A stretch of DNA of 63,093 nt, counting the filler, from Octopus bimaculoides (taxonomy: Eukaryota), in NCBI RefSeq assembly GCF_001194135.2. It is 5 parts of 4 records of this genome, joined end to end, with 100 filler letters (N's around TTAATTAATTAA, not from the genome) between each part and the next. Parts side by side here need not be neighbours in the genome. Positions count along the whole stretch, not along the records: positions 1 to 12,296 come from NC_068982.1; positions 12,397 to 32,404 come from NC_068996.1; 3 more parts are not named here. The stretch is one strand, 5' to 3'. The notes below the pieces were generated by a model. The model had not been told where the DNA came from, ran no database searches, and saw only the letters and a program-made list of their open reading frames with translations. Below are positions 1 to 12,416 of this stretch, one piece after another; positions within the stretch are counted from its first letter, which is position 1, and the number at the start of each line of letters is the position of its first letter. The translations under genes were made by a program, and so were the position numbers.

Positions 1-327
1 CCTCACCGAGGCGATGACTACTGACCGAGACCTTTGGAAATGTGCTGTGCGTGAGAAGACCCAGCAAGCCAAGTAAGATCGTTGCCAGTGCCCCTGGACT
101 GGTTCTTGTGCGGGTGGCACATAAAAGACACCATTTCGAGCGTGGCCGTTTTCGTGCGGGTGACACGTAAAAGCACCCACTACACTCTCTGAGTGGTTGG
201 CGTTAGGAAGGGCATCCAGCTGTAGAAACTCTGCCAAATCAGACTGGAGCCTGGTGTTGCCATCCGGTTTCACCAGTCCTCAGTCAAATCGTCCAACCCA
301 TGCTAGCATGGAAAGCGGACGTTAAAC

Positions 328-360
<33 letters not shown>
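1..360 (+). mobile_element. 3' end of RTE-like LINE (RT C-terminus, 3'UTR, (GAT)n tail)
   Basis: Frame from base 2 reads LTEAMTTDRDLWKCAVREKTQQAK*, with a DRxxW C-terminal motif like RTE-clade ORFs. The 3'UTR ends GCATGGAAAGCGGACGTTAAACGAT(GAT)n, and the same tail recurs at 3.7, 8.2, 8.9 and 9.9 kb. Confidence 0.65.
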
Positions 361-362
<2 letters not shown>

Positions 363-1028
363 CTTAGCAGTTCAGCAAAGAGATTGGTAGAGTAAGTACC
401 AGGTTTAAGAAAGTAAAAATAAACCCCAGGGTTGATTTGTTTGATTAAAATTTCTCCCAGGTGGTGCCCTAGCCTGGTCACAGTCTAAATACTGAAATGA
501 AAATAAAAGAATGGAGAGTTGAGGTGTTAAGATGATGGTCCTCACAAATGGTGATAAGTTGGGCAACTGGCCCAACCTGGAGATGACATCAGCATCATCG
601 TTTGGTTTTCGTTTTTCCATGCTGATATGAGTTGCACCATTTGTTTGGATCCAATGAGCTGCAGACAGGGCAGTGTTGGACCTCAGTGTCAACTTTAGCA
701 TAGCTTCTAGGACCTGGTGTACCTTTTAACCACCAACCGTTTTATGGTGTGTACTGGGAGTATTTTCTCTTGGCACTGGCACTAGTCAGGCTGCTGAACA
801 ACTTGCGAAAAGAAAAACAAGGGAAAAGGAAACGAACAAAAAAGCAAAAAAAGGCATACTTAACGAGCTATGGTATGATGATGATGATGATGGTTATGAT
901 GATAAAGTGATGATGGCTATGGTGATAAAGTTATGACGATGGTTATGATGATAAAGTGATGATTGCTATGACGATAAAGTTATGATGATAAGGTTATGAT
1001 GATAAAAAAGAGCAACATATTGGTTGAA

Positions 1029-1245
1029 CCATTTTTCGTTCAGATCATTCTGTCAAATGTAAAGTTTATTGATTCCCATTGTTCAGAATTAATCCTGCAT
1101 CATTTCATAGCTTCAAGATTTCAAAGATGTAACTGTTTTGTTTTTAGAATGGCATTGTAAGATAGGTACGAGAGGCCAGATCTGGCTGGTTTGAACATAA
1201 AACAAAATATCTGGGCCGGATACGGTTGGTTTAAATGTTAAAGGG
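1029..1245. mobile_element. piggyBac-like MITE (degenerate)
   Basis: Right end TAAAGGG followed by TTAA (1246-1249). Left end TGAA-CCATTT resembles a decayed TTAA-CCCTTT. Confidence 0.4.
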
Positions 1246-1299
1246 TTAAATAATTCACTCTGACTAAATGCTTTTTGTCTTTTTCTGTCTGTACTTTTA

Positions 1300-1640
1300 C
1301 CTTTTACTTGTTTGTCATTAGATTGTGGCCATCCTGGAGCACTACCTTTGAAAATTTTTAGTCAAATGAATCGACTCCAGTATTTTTTTTTGTTTTTTTT
1401 TGCTTTAAGCTTGGTACTTAGTCCTATCGGTCTCTTTTGAAACTGCTGTATTATAAGGGATATAAGCAAACCAACATGGGTTGTCAAGCAGTGGTGGGAA
1501 ACAAACACAGATGCAGAGACACACACACACAAGAGCTTCTTTCAGTTTCCATTTACTAAATTCACTCACAAGGCTTTGATTTCCCAAGGTGCCATGCACT
1601 GAGACTGAACCCAGAACCACGTGGTTGGGAAGCAAACTTC
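1300..1640 (-). mobile_element. tRNA-derived SINE (CORE-like family S1), degenerate
   Basis: Reverse-complement match to the complete copy at 57291-57680, covering head, CORE-like block, internal (CA)n and tail. Confidence 0.7.
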
Positions 1641-2634
1641 TGCATTTTGAGTTTGAACCCTTCCAAGGCTGGTGGTTGATTCAACTGACTTTTACCTCTT
1701 TGCTCCACACACACACACACACACACACACACATTGGCTGTGTGCCCAGTGAAAAAGAAATTGCCATTGTTATTATTATTAATATATTTTTCTTGTTTTG
1801 TTTGGTTTCTAGACACTGTTGGAAGTTAATGTTTAGAGATTCCTACACCTTTAGGGTTCAGCATTGGAACTGGAATGTTGCTAGGTAGAAATATAAAAGA
1901 AAAGAATGAAAACAATTTGCAACAAAACAAAAGAAAAAAAGTACCCAAAGAAAAACTGCGAAAATGTTGGGTATTAAAGATGAATAAATATAGAACTGGT
2001 GGTGTTGTTGTTTTGTAACTATGGTGCTGTCCCTCCCTTCCCATTGCCCCGAATAACAAATATTTATTTCGTGTTTCTTAAATACATACATTGCACCGAG
2101 GAGGGTAATGGCTTGTAATCTGAAGAATTTCTGTGGGGAATACATCATCTGGGATAAATAATGGTGCTTTGTTCTTTGTTTTTTGGTTTTTGTTTACTTG
2201 TCCATTTTGTGAGTGTGTGTGAAGGAAAGAGTGAGAAATAGGGAGAGAGAAAGAGGAAGAGCTAGAGAAAGAGAAATAGGGGAGAGAAAGATAGTGAGAG
2301 AAATAGGGAATGGGAGAGATAGGATGAGAGAAAGAGATTGGGAAGACAGGAAGAAAGAGAAAGGTAGAAAGCAAGGTAAGTAGGTATTGAAAGAAATAGT
2401 TAGATATACAGATATAATGATAGGATTCTAACAAACAAGCGAATGCAATGTTGTCCCCATGGCCTCTCTCGGTCTTTAAATTCTCTCTCTGCCACAAAAG
2501 AAGCACAAAAGTTGGAAACCTGGCATTTTTCGTGTTTCTTTACAAACCAATTGATTGTAATTTATATATTTATCTACAAACTTCTAAAGATTAATTTCAG
2601 CTGTAAGAGGCCCCTCTACTACACGTTTTCTTGA

Positions 2635-3638
2635 ATTCCTGCACTCCACACATAATAACCAAGGGGGTTGCAGTGTGGGGAGTTAGGTGGCCAGATGTAA
2701 GGGGGGGGATGTAGTTGCAGAAATTATCTGACAGCCATGACTGGGCTCTCCCTACTTGTGTGGCATGGTGCAGATTCTTGTTGCCAGACATTGTCCTCCA
2801 GCTGCTGCCCTCTTGACCCAGGGCAGTACTACCTCCTCTAGGCACTTGATGTAGGCCTCCGTGTTGAGTGTGAGGCCGTGTGGGAAGATGAATGAAGGCA
2901 TAACGTTGCCATCACTAGTGACCACTTAAAGCACCATGATGTTGATTGGATGTTTGATTTTTTTTCACTCTCACTACATGTCTTGGGGCCACGGCAAGCC
3001 AACGGTTGTTCTGTGTGTTCATCTAGCTGATCCTGGCAGAAATAGTTCTCAGCTGAGAAAAACCAAAGTATGTTCAGTTGGAGTTTATTCAAAAGCTTCG
3101 TACAGCTGTCTTTCATCTTGTCTTTGATGGCTTGGCATAAAAATTGGCCCTTTCTCATCTTGTATGAGGAATACCGAATGTCTTCATGCACTACCTGCCT
3201 GATAAGAAATTCAGATACTTCCATGTCCCTAGCATTGGATCTGATTGACATGGAGGGATCCTTATCTATTATGGCCTGGATCTCACCAACAAATTCAGTT
3301 CTTTTCTTATCAGAATGATCAGAGGGAGTTTTCCGAGCTGCCCTACCTTCCTAATCACCACTAGACTCATCCAACTCTTTCCGAATCCTCTGCACTGTCC
3401 TCGGCTTGACACCAAACACTCTGAAATGTTCGTATTGGAGTTTGCGGCACGAATGACAATCAGTACAGCATGTAGTTTCCAAATTTCTGGCAGAGTTCAT
3501 TGCATCATGGTGCTGTTTTTTCTCACAGACAGTGCCCAACTAACCCTACTCTAATGTGTAGTCAACAAAATAAAAAAAACAATGTGCATGCATGAAGTTA
3601 AAAATATAAGACGGTAAAAATTTACCCATCACACACTG
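2635..3638 (-). mobile_element. Tc1/mariner superfamily (maT/DD37D-like) transposon remnant with transposase pseudogene
   Basis: Frameshifted peptides VKPRTVQRIRKELDES, SIRSNARDMEVSEFLIRQVVHEDIRYSSYKMRKGQFL, LWFFSAENYFCQDQ, QQESAPCHT and WPPNSPHCNPLGYYVW. All three catalytic Asp positions are degenerate. A TIR-like end CAGTGTGTGATGGGTAAAT is flanked by TA at 3639-3640, and the 3' end is missing. Confidence 0.85.
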
Positions 3639-3663
3639 TACACACATATATATATATATATAT

Positions 3664-3860
3664 CATCATCATTATTTAACGTCCGTTTTCCATGCTGGTA
3701 TGGGTTGGACGGTTTGACGAGACTGGCAAGGCAAGCCAGGAGGCTGCGCCAGACTCCAGTCTGATCTGGCAAGGTTTCTACAGCTGGACACCCTTCCCAA
3801 CACCAGCCACTCCGAGAGTGTAGTGGGTGCCAGTCAGGCGGCACTGGCATCAGCCACAAT
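3664..3860 (-). mobile_element. RTE-like LINE 3' tail fragment
   Basis: Reverse complement of the 1-360 tail (CATCAT...TTTAACGTCCGTTTTCCATGCTGG). Confidence 0.7.
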
Positions 3861-3881
3861 TACAATTTCCATTCTGCCTAT

Positions 3882-3920
<39 letters not shown>

Positions 3921-4127
3921 NNNNNNNNNNNNNNNNNNNNNNNNNNNNNNNNNNNNNNNNNNNNNNNNNNNNNNNNNNNNNNNNNNNNNNNNNNNNNNNN
4001 NNNNNNNNNNNNNNNNNNNNNNNNNNNNNNNNNNNNNNNNNNNNNNNNNNNNNNNNNNNNNNNNNNNNNNNNNNNNNNNNNNNNNNNNNNNNNNNNNNNN
4101 NNNNNNNNNNNNNNNNNNNNNNNNNNN

Positions 4128-4163
<36 letters not shown>

Positions 4164-4169
4164 TATATA

Positions 4170-4385
4170 TGTGTGTGTGTGTGTCTGTATTTGTCCCCCT
4201 TGCATTGCTTGACATCTGATGCTGGTGTGTTTATGTCCCTGTAACCTAGCAGTTCGGCAAAAGAACCGATAGAATAAGTACGAGGCTTACAAAGAATAAG
4301 TCCCGGGGGTCGATTTGCTCTACTAAAGGTGGTGCTCTAGTATGGCCACAGTCAAATGACTGAAACAAGTAAAAGAGTAAAAAAG
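4170..4385 (+). mobile_element. SINE S1 tail half
   Basis: Matches 57480-57670 (GTTCGGCAAAAG...GATAGAATAAGTAC...GGGGTCGATTTGCTC...CAGTCAAATGACTGAAAC). It follows a (TA)n tract and N gap. Confidence 0.75.
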
Positions 4386-4832
4386 AGATTATATAAATAT
4401 ACAATGAAAGCTTATAATTTTATTTACAAAATTTTCACTCGTCACTATTTTTTAACTAATGCAGAATATGCGCATGTTTTTACACACATACACAGTGGGT
4501 CCAAAGAAGCACTTGGCTCTGAATGCACTGCTTCCCAAAGCAGAAACAGCTGTAAGCCAATGAAGTTTTTAATAGCATATAAGATGCATTTACTTTTCCC
4601 TGAATATGTGCTGCTGAAATTAGGGTGCGTCTAATATGCCCATGTGTCTTTTATGCCATCAAACAGTAATATTTATATAAAAGTATAGATTGTTGAGTAA
4701 AATTTAGATATAAAGATTTATATACATATTTTTTGTGGCATTTATTTATTCATTCAAAGATGATGAGTCATTGCTTCAGTTTTAGGTTTCTCAACTTTAT
4801 GCGTTTGTTTAGGAAACACATACATTATACAC

Positions 4833-4863
<31 letters not shown>

Positions 4864-5360
4864 GGGGGTGTTTGTGAGTGTTTATGTCACAAAGATCTGT
4901 TTGTAGGAGTGTAATGTAACTGTGTGTGTTTAGTGTTTTTGTAGCAAGTAAAGACCTCTTTATTATTTTTATTACTAAAAGTTAATTATAACTATTATGA
5001 CTAATTATTACTGAGAGTAAGGTGTTAATGAGACTGGTAAAGTGCTGAGCTAAATACATTACAACAACACAAACCATTGCTTGTGTTGTTGTAATGGCCT
5101 GTATTTGGTGTTCTTGTGGCATCTCCAGAAACTTATTAAGGAGTGAACAAGATTTTCATTCCCTCTTCCGATGACTGATGACTAATTACAAGGAGTGAAC
5201 AGGGTTAAATATCTTACATTAATATCAAATGGAGATTGAGCCAATATGGTAGCTTCCGCGTGATCCTTTAACCTGTTAGAAATAGCAACCAAATCTTCCT
5301 TTAATTACATTCAATTCTGAGTGGTGAAGTCCTTACGATCAATGACTGGATTGCCTTTCA

Positions 5361-5572
5361 TTGCTGGCAGAATTGTTAACACACTGGGGAAGATATTTTG
5401 TGGCATTCCATCTGGATTTTTATGTTCTGAGTTCAAATTCAGCTGAGGTTAATTTTTGCCTTTCATCCTTTCAGGGTCGATAAAACAAGCACCTGTTGAG
5501 CATTAGGGATCGATGTGATTGACTTACTGCCCCACCCCTGAAATTGCTGGCCTTGTGCCAAAATTTGAAACC
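5361..5572 (+). mobile_element. tRNA-derived SINE family S2 (Meta-domain-like core)
   Basis: B-box-like GAGTTCAAAT is followed by GAGGTT..TTTGCCTTTCATCCTTTCAGGGTCGATAAAA. The same core occurs at 30.4, 45.9, 53.0 and 59.4 kb. The Meta-domain assignment is from memory and needs a Dfam/SINEBase check. Confidence 0.7.
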
Positions 5573-6037
5573 AGTGATAATTCTGGTTCTCTTCACTCTG
5601 AGTTCAAATAATGTCAAGATAACTTTACTGACCATGAAAGTTGAGGTACAGGCCTTGTTCTGGGGTCAGCTCTTCTCTCTCCATCTCTTTCCTTCTCTCT
5701 CTCTCTCTTTCCCCTTCTCTTTCTTTCCCCATCCCGCCCCACTCTTTCTCACCCTCTCTGAAATTAACAATGATTAAACCTGGCAAGGGTATAGGATACC
5801 CTTGCTATATCTAAAATACCCAAGACCAGGGGTTTGGCACCCACACCAAGCATGTATAGGGTGACCCCCAAAAGTTTTTAGATCATTTCAGAATATAATA
5901 ACCCTTTTATTTATTAAAAATTCACATTTATTCTTTTGTAAACAAAACACTTCTTGGAAAACATTTTTAATTAATTCTGAAAAATTACATCCTTCAAATG
6001 GCTACCTTTTTGTCATTGACAATTGAAAAAAATTGAT

Positions 6038-6350
6038 AATACAGTTCCATATTCAAGAGATGAGGAATTATGTACATTATTTACATTTGACGGATATTTG
6101 TCTTCATCTTGTTTGTTGTTAACACAACGTTTCGGCTGATATTCCCTCCAGCCTTCATCAGGTGTCTTGGGGAAATTTCGAACCTGGGTTCTCATTCCTA
6201 GGGTATTTTTCGATGCTTACCTTAGGAATGAGAACCCATTTTTGAAATTTCCCCAAGACACCTGATGAAGGGTATATGATGGAGGGTGTATCAGCTGAAA
6301 TGTGTTAACAACAAACAAGATGAGGACAAATATCCATCAAATGTAAATAA
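6038..6350. mobile_element. Penelope-like fold-back insertion (hammerhead family A)
   Basis: A minus-strand copy (about 6040-6209) is followed by an inverted plus-strand truncated copy (about 6222-6350). The 14-bp direct repeat TGAAAAAAATTGAT flanks it at 6024-6037 and 6351-6364. Confidence 0.8.
6121..6166 (-). ncRNA. Minimal type-I hammerhead ribozyme motif (family A)
   Basis: GACAC-CUGAUGA-A-GGCUG-(10 nt)-CAGCC-GAAAC-GUU|GUGUU. Stem I is GACAC/GUGUU, stem II GGCUG/CAGCC, and stem III is the loopless palindrome AACGUU. Confidence 0.75.
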
Positions 6351-6432
6351 TGAAAAAAATTGATCGTTAATAAAGTTCCGTTTTAAAATGGTTTAGTGAC
6401 TTTTGGGCCACCCTTTGTATGTTTGTGTATGT

Positions 6433-6655
6433 CAGTGGTTCCCAAACTTTTTCAGGCTGCTGCTGTCCCCTTGGTTCTGAGGCCACATTCCTAGTGTCCC
6501 CATCCACCACTCACCATCACAGACATGAACCATTTTTTGCAGCAAATTCAAAACAATATTTCACAAATAAAACTTGACCTCATTAACCTTTTATTTTATT
6601 TGTTTCCACTGCTCCCAGGGGGTGGGGGCGGTACTGCCCACTTTGGGAACCACTG
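6433..6655. mobile_element. hAT (Charlie-type) MITE
   Basis: Perfect TIRs CAGTGGTTCCCAAA / TTTGGGAACCACTG. The 8-bp flanks GTGTATGT and GTGTATAT match at 7/8, as expected for a TSD. Confidence 0.85.
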
Positions 6656-7597
6656 GTGTATATGAAACAGATTTCTGTCCTGTTTCATTGCCGTTTAATG
6701 TGCACATTCCATACTGGCATTGGTCGGATAATTTAATAGGACCCCAAAAGCTGCAAAAATGCCACATTCTGCTGTAATAACCATGTCATTCTTAATGTCC
6801 CCCACTTTACATTGAGTCCTGGATGCTTTTTAGAGGACATTAACACCAGTGAGGTCCCTAGGCAAAGAAGTCCTCCCCCTCCTCAACTTAGTATGAGTGT
6901 ATCTGAGAGGTAGGGGGAAGGTGGTTTTATGCCAGGTGTTGAATGTGTGAAATAATGTAGAAGATACTTGCCCATGGTGTCACACAGTAGGATTGAAACT
7001 AGAACCCCTTGGTTGTGAAACTAAACACGTAACCTCATAACTACGCCTGATTGATCACGCCTGATTGAGCAAATATTTACCATTAATTCACTGGATTTAA
7101 TTTGGATTAAATCATTGGATTAATTTATTGGACTTAATTTAATCTGCTGAAGCAGATTCTCTGTCAAAACTGGTTTGTTTTATGAAAAAAAGAAGAAAAG
7201 TAAATACAAACACAAAAAAAAAAAAAAAATATGGAGATTGCTATTAATTCTGCTTAGCTCAGCTGCTATTAGCTTCTGGAGGATTGCAAGCAAGCTTTTG
7301 GCCAATCAACAGAGTTCCATGTTGAGAAAGCAGCCAATCAGAACACTTGTTAATGAGACAACAGCCATTCATCAGTTAGCACTGGAGAGAGATTTTAGCT
7401 GATATGGAACATAAGGCTGTAGTACAGCTGACTTAGAAGATGTTCTTAAATATATTCCCGTACACACACACACACAAACGTATTCTATACACACACATAC
7501 CGGCCCACCTGCAGGCATGCTCACAGAGATGTACACACAAGCAAAAATATTCACTCACATGTGTAGGACTTCAAACACATGTATATTTATACATTCC

Positions 7598-7646
<49 letters not shown>

Positions 7647-8149
7647 CACATATGCTCACACACATATATATATACACACATATACATATCCACATACATG
7701 CTAATCTTGCTAATTCTTATCTATAAATTCTTATTCTTTCAGCAACTCAATTTCTATATATGTGTTGTGGGTGTGTAAGAACGTGTAAAGTACCAGTGAA
7801 ATAGTGGAGCTGATATACTGACTACCCCCCCCCCCCGAAATTTCTGACTGCAAACATATGTTATAAACAATTTTTATTATTATGATAAGGATAATAATAA
7901 TGATAATAATCATCCATATTTCTATGGATCTTATAAAATTTGTTGAGGGAGATTTTCAACAGCCAGACGCTCTTCATGTCAGCAATCCTTACCTGTTTCT
8001 TCCAAGCCACGTAATATTTCCCCGAATATTCAATCGCAGAGGATTGCAAACAAACAACACTGCTTGTATGATGGTGATGTTTGTTTACAATTTTAATTGT
8101 GCTGGTTTCACATTAAAAACGCTGGTGTTTGGGCCACATAAGAAGCACC

Positions 8150-8310
8150 TAGTACTCTCTGTAAAGTGACTGGTGTTAGGAAGGACATCCAATTATAAAA
8201 ACCATGCCAAAACAGAAAATGGATCCTGTGCAGACCCTGATCTTTCCAGCTCCTGTCAAACCATCCAACCCATACCAGCATGGAAAATGACAAAATAATA
8301 ATGATGATGG
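8150..8310 (+). mobile_element. RTE-like LINE 3' tail fragment
   Basis: GTTAGGAAGGACATCCA...CAAACCATCCAACCCATACCAGCATGGAAAATGAC, homologous to 200-330. Confidence 0.65.
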
Positions 8311-8563
8311 TGCTCTTTGTCAAGACAAGGAGATACATACACATGACAGGCTTCCTTTCAGTTTTCATCTGACAAATTCACTCACATGGTGTTTGGTCAA
8401 ACCAGGTCCATAGAAGATACTTGCCTACAATGCTGTGCAGTGGAACTGAATTTAAAGCCATGTGGTTGCGAACTGAAATTAGCAGAGTTCAAATGAAGAT
8501 CCAATAAAGTGCTGGGGATCTCAAAAGGATCAACTGGAAATTGTGTGTGTGTGTGTGCATGTA

Positions 8564-8912
8564 CTGGAGAACTTCGAGTATTTTTTGAATGCCTCTCATC
8601 ATCACAAACAAATCGGTTCAAGAACAATTTCTCAAACGTAAACCATCTTTGGTGACAGTGTCTTGAGTAATGAGGAACCAACTGTTTGGGAACCAACTGT
8701 TTGGGAACCAACTGTTTGGGAACCAACTGGGGAGTGTCAGTGGTGGGGAGAGCATCAGTTGTTGTCCTTCTTTTACTCAGTGCAGATCCCTGTTTCAATC
8801 TGTTGTGCCTCCTCATGAATTTCTCAGGGCAAAAATAATTGCTGTTTAAAAATATTTCAGGTGACAAACGGCCTTCAGGAATGAATTGAACTCATTAACT
8901 GAGGTTCCACTG
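8564..8912. mobile_element. pogo/Tigger-like MITE with internal 15-bp tandem repeat
   Basis: Right end GAGGTTCCACTG followed by TA is a Tigger-like CAGTGGAACCTC TIR; the left end is degenerate. GGAACCAACTGTTTG occurs about 3.5 times at about 8674-8730. Confidence 0.5.
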
Positions 8913-8919
8913 TATATAT

Positions 8920-9590
8920 ACATCATCATCATTTAATGTACGCTTTCCATGCTGGCATGAGTTGGGCAGTTTGACTCAGGACTGGCTAACCAGGAGGCTG
9001 CACCAGACTCCAATCTGATCTGGCAAAGTTTCTTCAGCTGGATGCCCTCCCTAATGCCAGCCACTCTGAGAGTTTAGTGGGTGCTTTTACACGCCACCAT
9101 TGTGAGGGCCAGTCAGGCGGTACTGGCAATGACCACGCTCAAAGGGTGTTTTTATATGCTACCTGCATAGGAGCCAGTCCAGTGGCACTGGCAACGACCA
9201 CGCTCAAATGTTGTTTTCACGTGCCACTGGCACATGTGCCGGTAAGGTGACGCTGGCAATGATCATGCTCAAATGGTGCTTTTCACATGTCACTGGCACA
9301 GGAGCCAATCCATGGCCCTGGCAATGATCACGCTTGGATGTGCTCTTAACATTCCACTGCCACAAGTGCCAATCAGGTGGTACTGTCATCAGCCATGTCA
9401 GCGATTTTGATTTGTTTACACTCGCCTCAATAGGTCTTCTCAAGCAAAGTTTATTGTCCAATGAACGAGGGGTACTCATAAGTGGGCTGGTTACACCCCA
9501 CGTTTGGATGTGCTTTTTAACGTTCCACTGGCACGAGTGCCAATGGGCAGTACTGTCATTGGCCACATCAGTGATTTTGATTTCATGTAT
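8920..9590 (-). mobile_element. RTE-like LINE 3' region with about 60-bp tandem repeats in the 3'UTR
   Basis: Tail CATCATCATTTAATGTACGCTTTCCATGCTGG. Repeated units GGCACTGGCAA(T/C)GA(C/T)CACGCTCAAATG..TTTT(C/T)AC(G/A)TG. TTGAGAAGACC on the minus strand resembles the ORF end in copy 1-76. Confidence 0.65.
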
Positions 9591-9794
9591 GTCTATATCT
9601 ATGCATGTGTAAATATGTGTGTATATTCCCCCATCTTATTCTCACTCAAGCAGACTTACCTACACATCCACCTTTTCTGTTCTTCTTTCCAATTTCTCTA
9701 TCTCACATTCACCTTAAACCTTGACCCCGCAAGACTCTCTCTCTCTCTCTCCCCTTCCCCATTGTGCCCCACTAAGTTAAGAAGTTTTGCCTTA

Positions 9795-10020
9795 CAGGTA
9801 TTTGGTAACCTCACCGGTGCTGGTGCCAAAATAAAAAGTACCTACTACACACTGTGGAGTGGTTGGCACCTGGAAGGGCGTCCAGCTGTAGAATCCCCGT
9901 CAAAGCAGACATTGTGATGCAGTGTAGCCCTCTGGCTTGTCTGTTCATGTCAAACCATCCAACCCATTCCAGCATGGAAAAAAAAGGACATTAAATGATG
10001 ATGACGATGATGATGATGAT
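9795..10020 (+). mobile_element. RTE-like LINE 3' tail fragment
   Basis: TACACACTGTGGAGTGGTTGG...GAAGGGCGTCCAGCTGTAG...CAGCATGGAAAA...ACATTAAATGATGATG. Confidence 0.65.
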
Positions 10021-10914
10021 ATTCATACACTTTACTTCTTTTCTCTCTCCTACTTCTCCCCCCCCCCCGTGTCTACAATATTGTAACTGTTCTTTCTTCT
10101 CTTTAATGGGAGATATTTAACTTTATTTCTTTCCCTCTCTTTAATTTCCTTTGCCCTCCATTACTTCCTCTGCCTCTTCCTCTTCTTCCTCCTCCTCTTC
10201 CTCCTCTTCCTCTTCCTTCTCTTAATCATCATTATATTTACCTAAAGTTCAACAGTCAATAATTTTTCTTTGCAGCAACTTTGTGGTGTGTGTGCGTGTG
10301 TGTGTGTGCTAATCGCATGGACTGCCCAAAATGTTACATATTTTCACTCTTTCCTTGTAGCCTCATCAACATACCAATCTTATATAGAACACCACATGCA
10401 TACATACATACATACATACATATATACATACATACACATGCACATGTAAACACACACACACACATGCCCATAATTTATGAATCTACAATGCAGTCAGTCC
10501 CTCACTCACGAGCAATTCTGACCTGGCAGCATTACCATGTTTCACTTGTTAGTTTCAATGGCCAGGTATTTGTGGGCAGACGGGGATCCTCTTCTTGGTC
10601 CTCTCATCCTTGACCCAGGAGCAAAATTAAGGATGTGGTGAGGGAAAGGGCTGCACTAGCAGTCATACAGCTGAGTTAGCTGGAGTAACATGAAGTGAAG
10701 TACCTCGCTCAAGCACACAACACACAATCTAGTTCAGGGATTAAATGCACATTTTTGTGCTCCTGAGCCAAATACTCCAAATGCTAGGCCACATGCCTTC
10801 ACTGTCTACACATGCCTAGGGGTATAAGGATTCAGATGTTATGTATTTCAACATACAAACACACTCATGTAGGAATGTGTATGTAAATGTGTGTATGTAG
10901 ACAGGAGTAAACAA

Positions 10915-11083
10915 AGGCGCAGGAGGGGCTGTGTGGTAAGAAGCTTGCTTACCAACCACATGGTTCTGGGTTCAGTCCCACTGCATGGCACCTTGGGCAA
11001 GTGTCTTCTACTATAGCCATGGGCCAACCAAAGCTTTGTAAGTGGATTTGGATGACGGAAACTGAAAGAAGCCATCATGTGTG

Positions 11084-11124
<41 letters not shown>

Positions 11125-11233
11125 CTGCCTGTGTTTGTCCCCCCAACATTGCATGACAACCGATGCGGGTGTGTTTACGTCCCCGTAACTTAGCGGTTCG
11201 GCAAAAGAGATCGATAAAATAAATACTAGGCTT
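10915..11233 (+). mobile_element. SINE S1 (head, CORE-like block, internal microsatellite, tail start)
   Basis: GGCGCAGGAGGGGCTGTGTGGTAAG A-box-like head, GGTTCAGTCCC B-box-like, CACCTTGGGCAAGTGTCTT CORE-like block. Confidence 0.85.
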
Positions 11234-11563
11234 NNNNNNNNNNNNNNNNNNNNNNNNNNNNNNNNNNNNNNNNNNNNNNNNNNNNNNNNNNNNNNNNNNN
11301 NNNNNNNNNNNNNNNNNNNNNNNNNNNNNNNNNNNNNNNNNNNNNNNNNNNNNNNNNNNNNNNNNNNNNNNNNNNNNNNNNNNNNNNNNNNNNNNNNNNN
11401 NNNNNNNNNNNNNNNNNNNNNNNNNNNNNNNNNNNNNNNNNNNNNNNNNNNNNNNNNNNNNNNNNCAATGTCGGGTATTTTATGTTTGCATTTGGTACAA
11501 GTTTTGATGGGAATGTCCCTTCAATATTCTTCTTGTTGATATGCATTCTACAACAGAGATGTT

Positions 11564-11589
<26 letters not shown>

Positions 11590-11599
<10 letters not shown>

Positions 11600-11830
11600 T
11601 TTTATTAGTTTCAGTCATTTGACTGCGGTCATGCTGGAGCACAGCCTTTAGTTGAACAAATCAACCCCATGACTTATTCTTTGTAAACCAAGTATTTATT
11701 CTGTCAGACTCTTTTGCCAAACTGCTAAGTTACGGGTTGTAAACACACCAACATCAGTTGTCAAGCGATGGTGTGGTGTGTGGGGGGGGACAAATGCAGA
11801 CATACAAACATATACATACATACATACATA
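11590..11830 (-). mobile_element. SINE S1 tail half
   Basis: TTTCAGTCATTTGACTGCGGTCATGCTGGAGCAC... is the reverse complement of the S1 tail. Confidence 0.75.
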
Positions 11831-12416
11831 TATATGATCCATTTTGTATTTTCTAAATTCCTATGAAGATGGATTATCCGTGTACAGGCAAGGATGAAAG
11901 TATATCAGAACAATCAGGGTGAATGTGAAAGGGCTAGCAACTGACATGATGAAGCAATCATCGTGTTTGTGTATGCATGCATGCATGTGCACACATGAAT
12001 CTATGCATGTGTGTATATGGGTACATATGAATGCATGTGTATATATTCACACACACACATTGTTGTAGGTGTACAAAACTGTGTCTACAGTTATTTACTT
12101 TCTTTGTGTATGTGCACGTGTGGCTCTACAAATATGTGTATGTTTATATGTTATATCGCATACCTCTAAATATAGAAAGCCATATAATTGCACACAGCCA
12201 CAGAGGCACAACTACACATGTACTATTAATATCATTGCACTGTTTTACAACTGTTGTACCACATGCACAAACTTTGCTGGCCACATACACACACACNNNN
12301 NNNNNNNNNNNNNNNNNNNNNNNNNNNNNNNNNNNNNNNNTTAATTAATTAANNNNNNNNNNNNNNNNNNNNNNNNNNNNNNNNNNNNNNNNNNNNTATA
12401 TATATATATATATATA

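Larger units (their letters stand above)
5855..6419. mobile_element. Tc1/mariner-type MITE interrupted by a fold-back insertion
   Basis: Imperfect TIRs TATAGGGTGACCCCAAAAGT (5855) and ACTTTTGGGCCACCCTTTGTA (ends 6419), with TA ends. Confidence 0.6.

Noticed and set aside
9100-9400. CRISPR-like regularly spaced repeats
   Set aside because: Eukaryotic context; the units are diverged tandem copies with no unique spacers and no cas genes.
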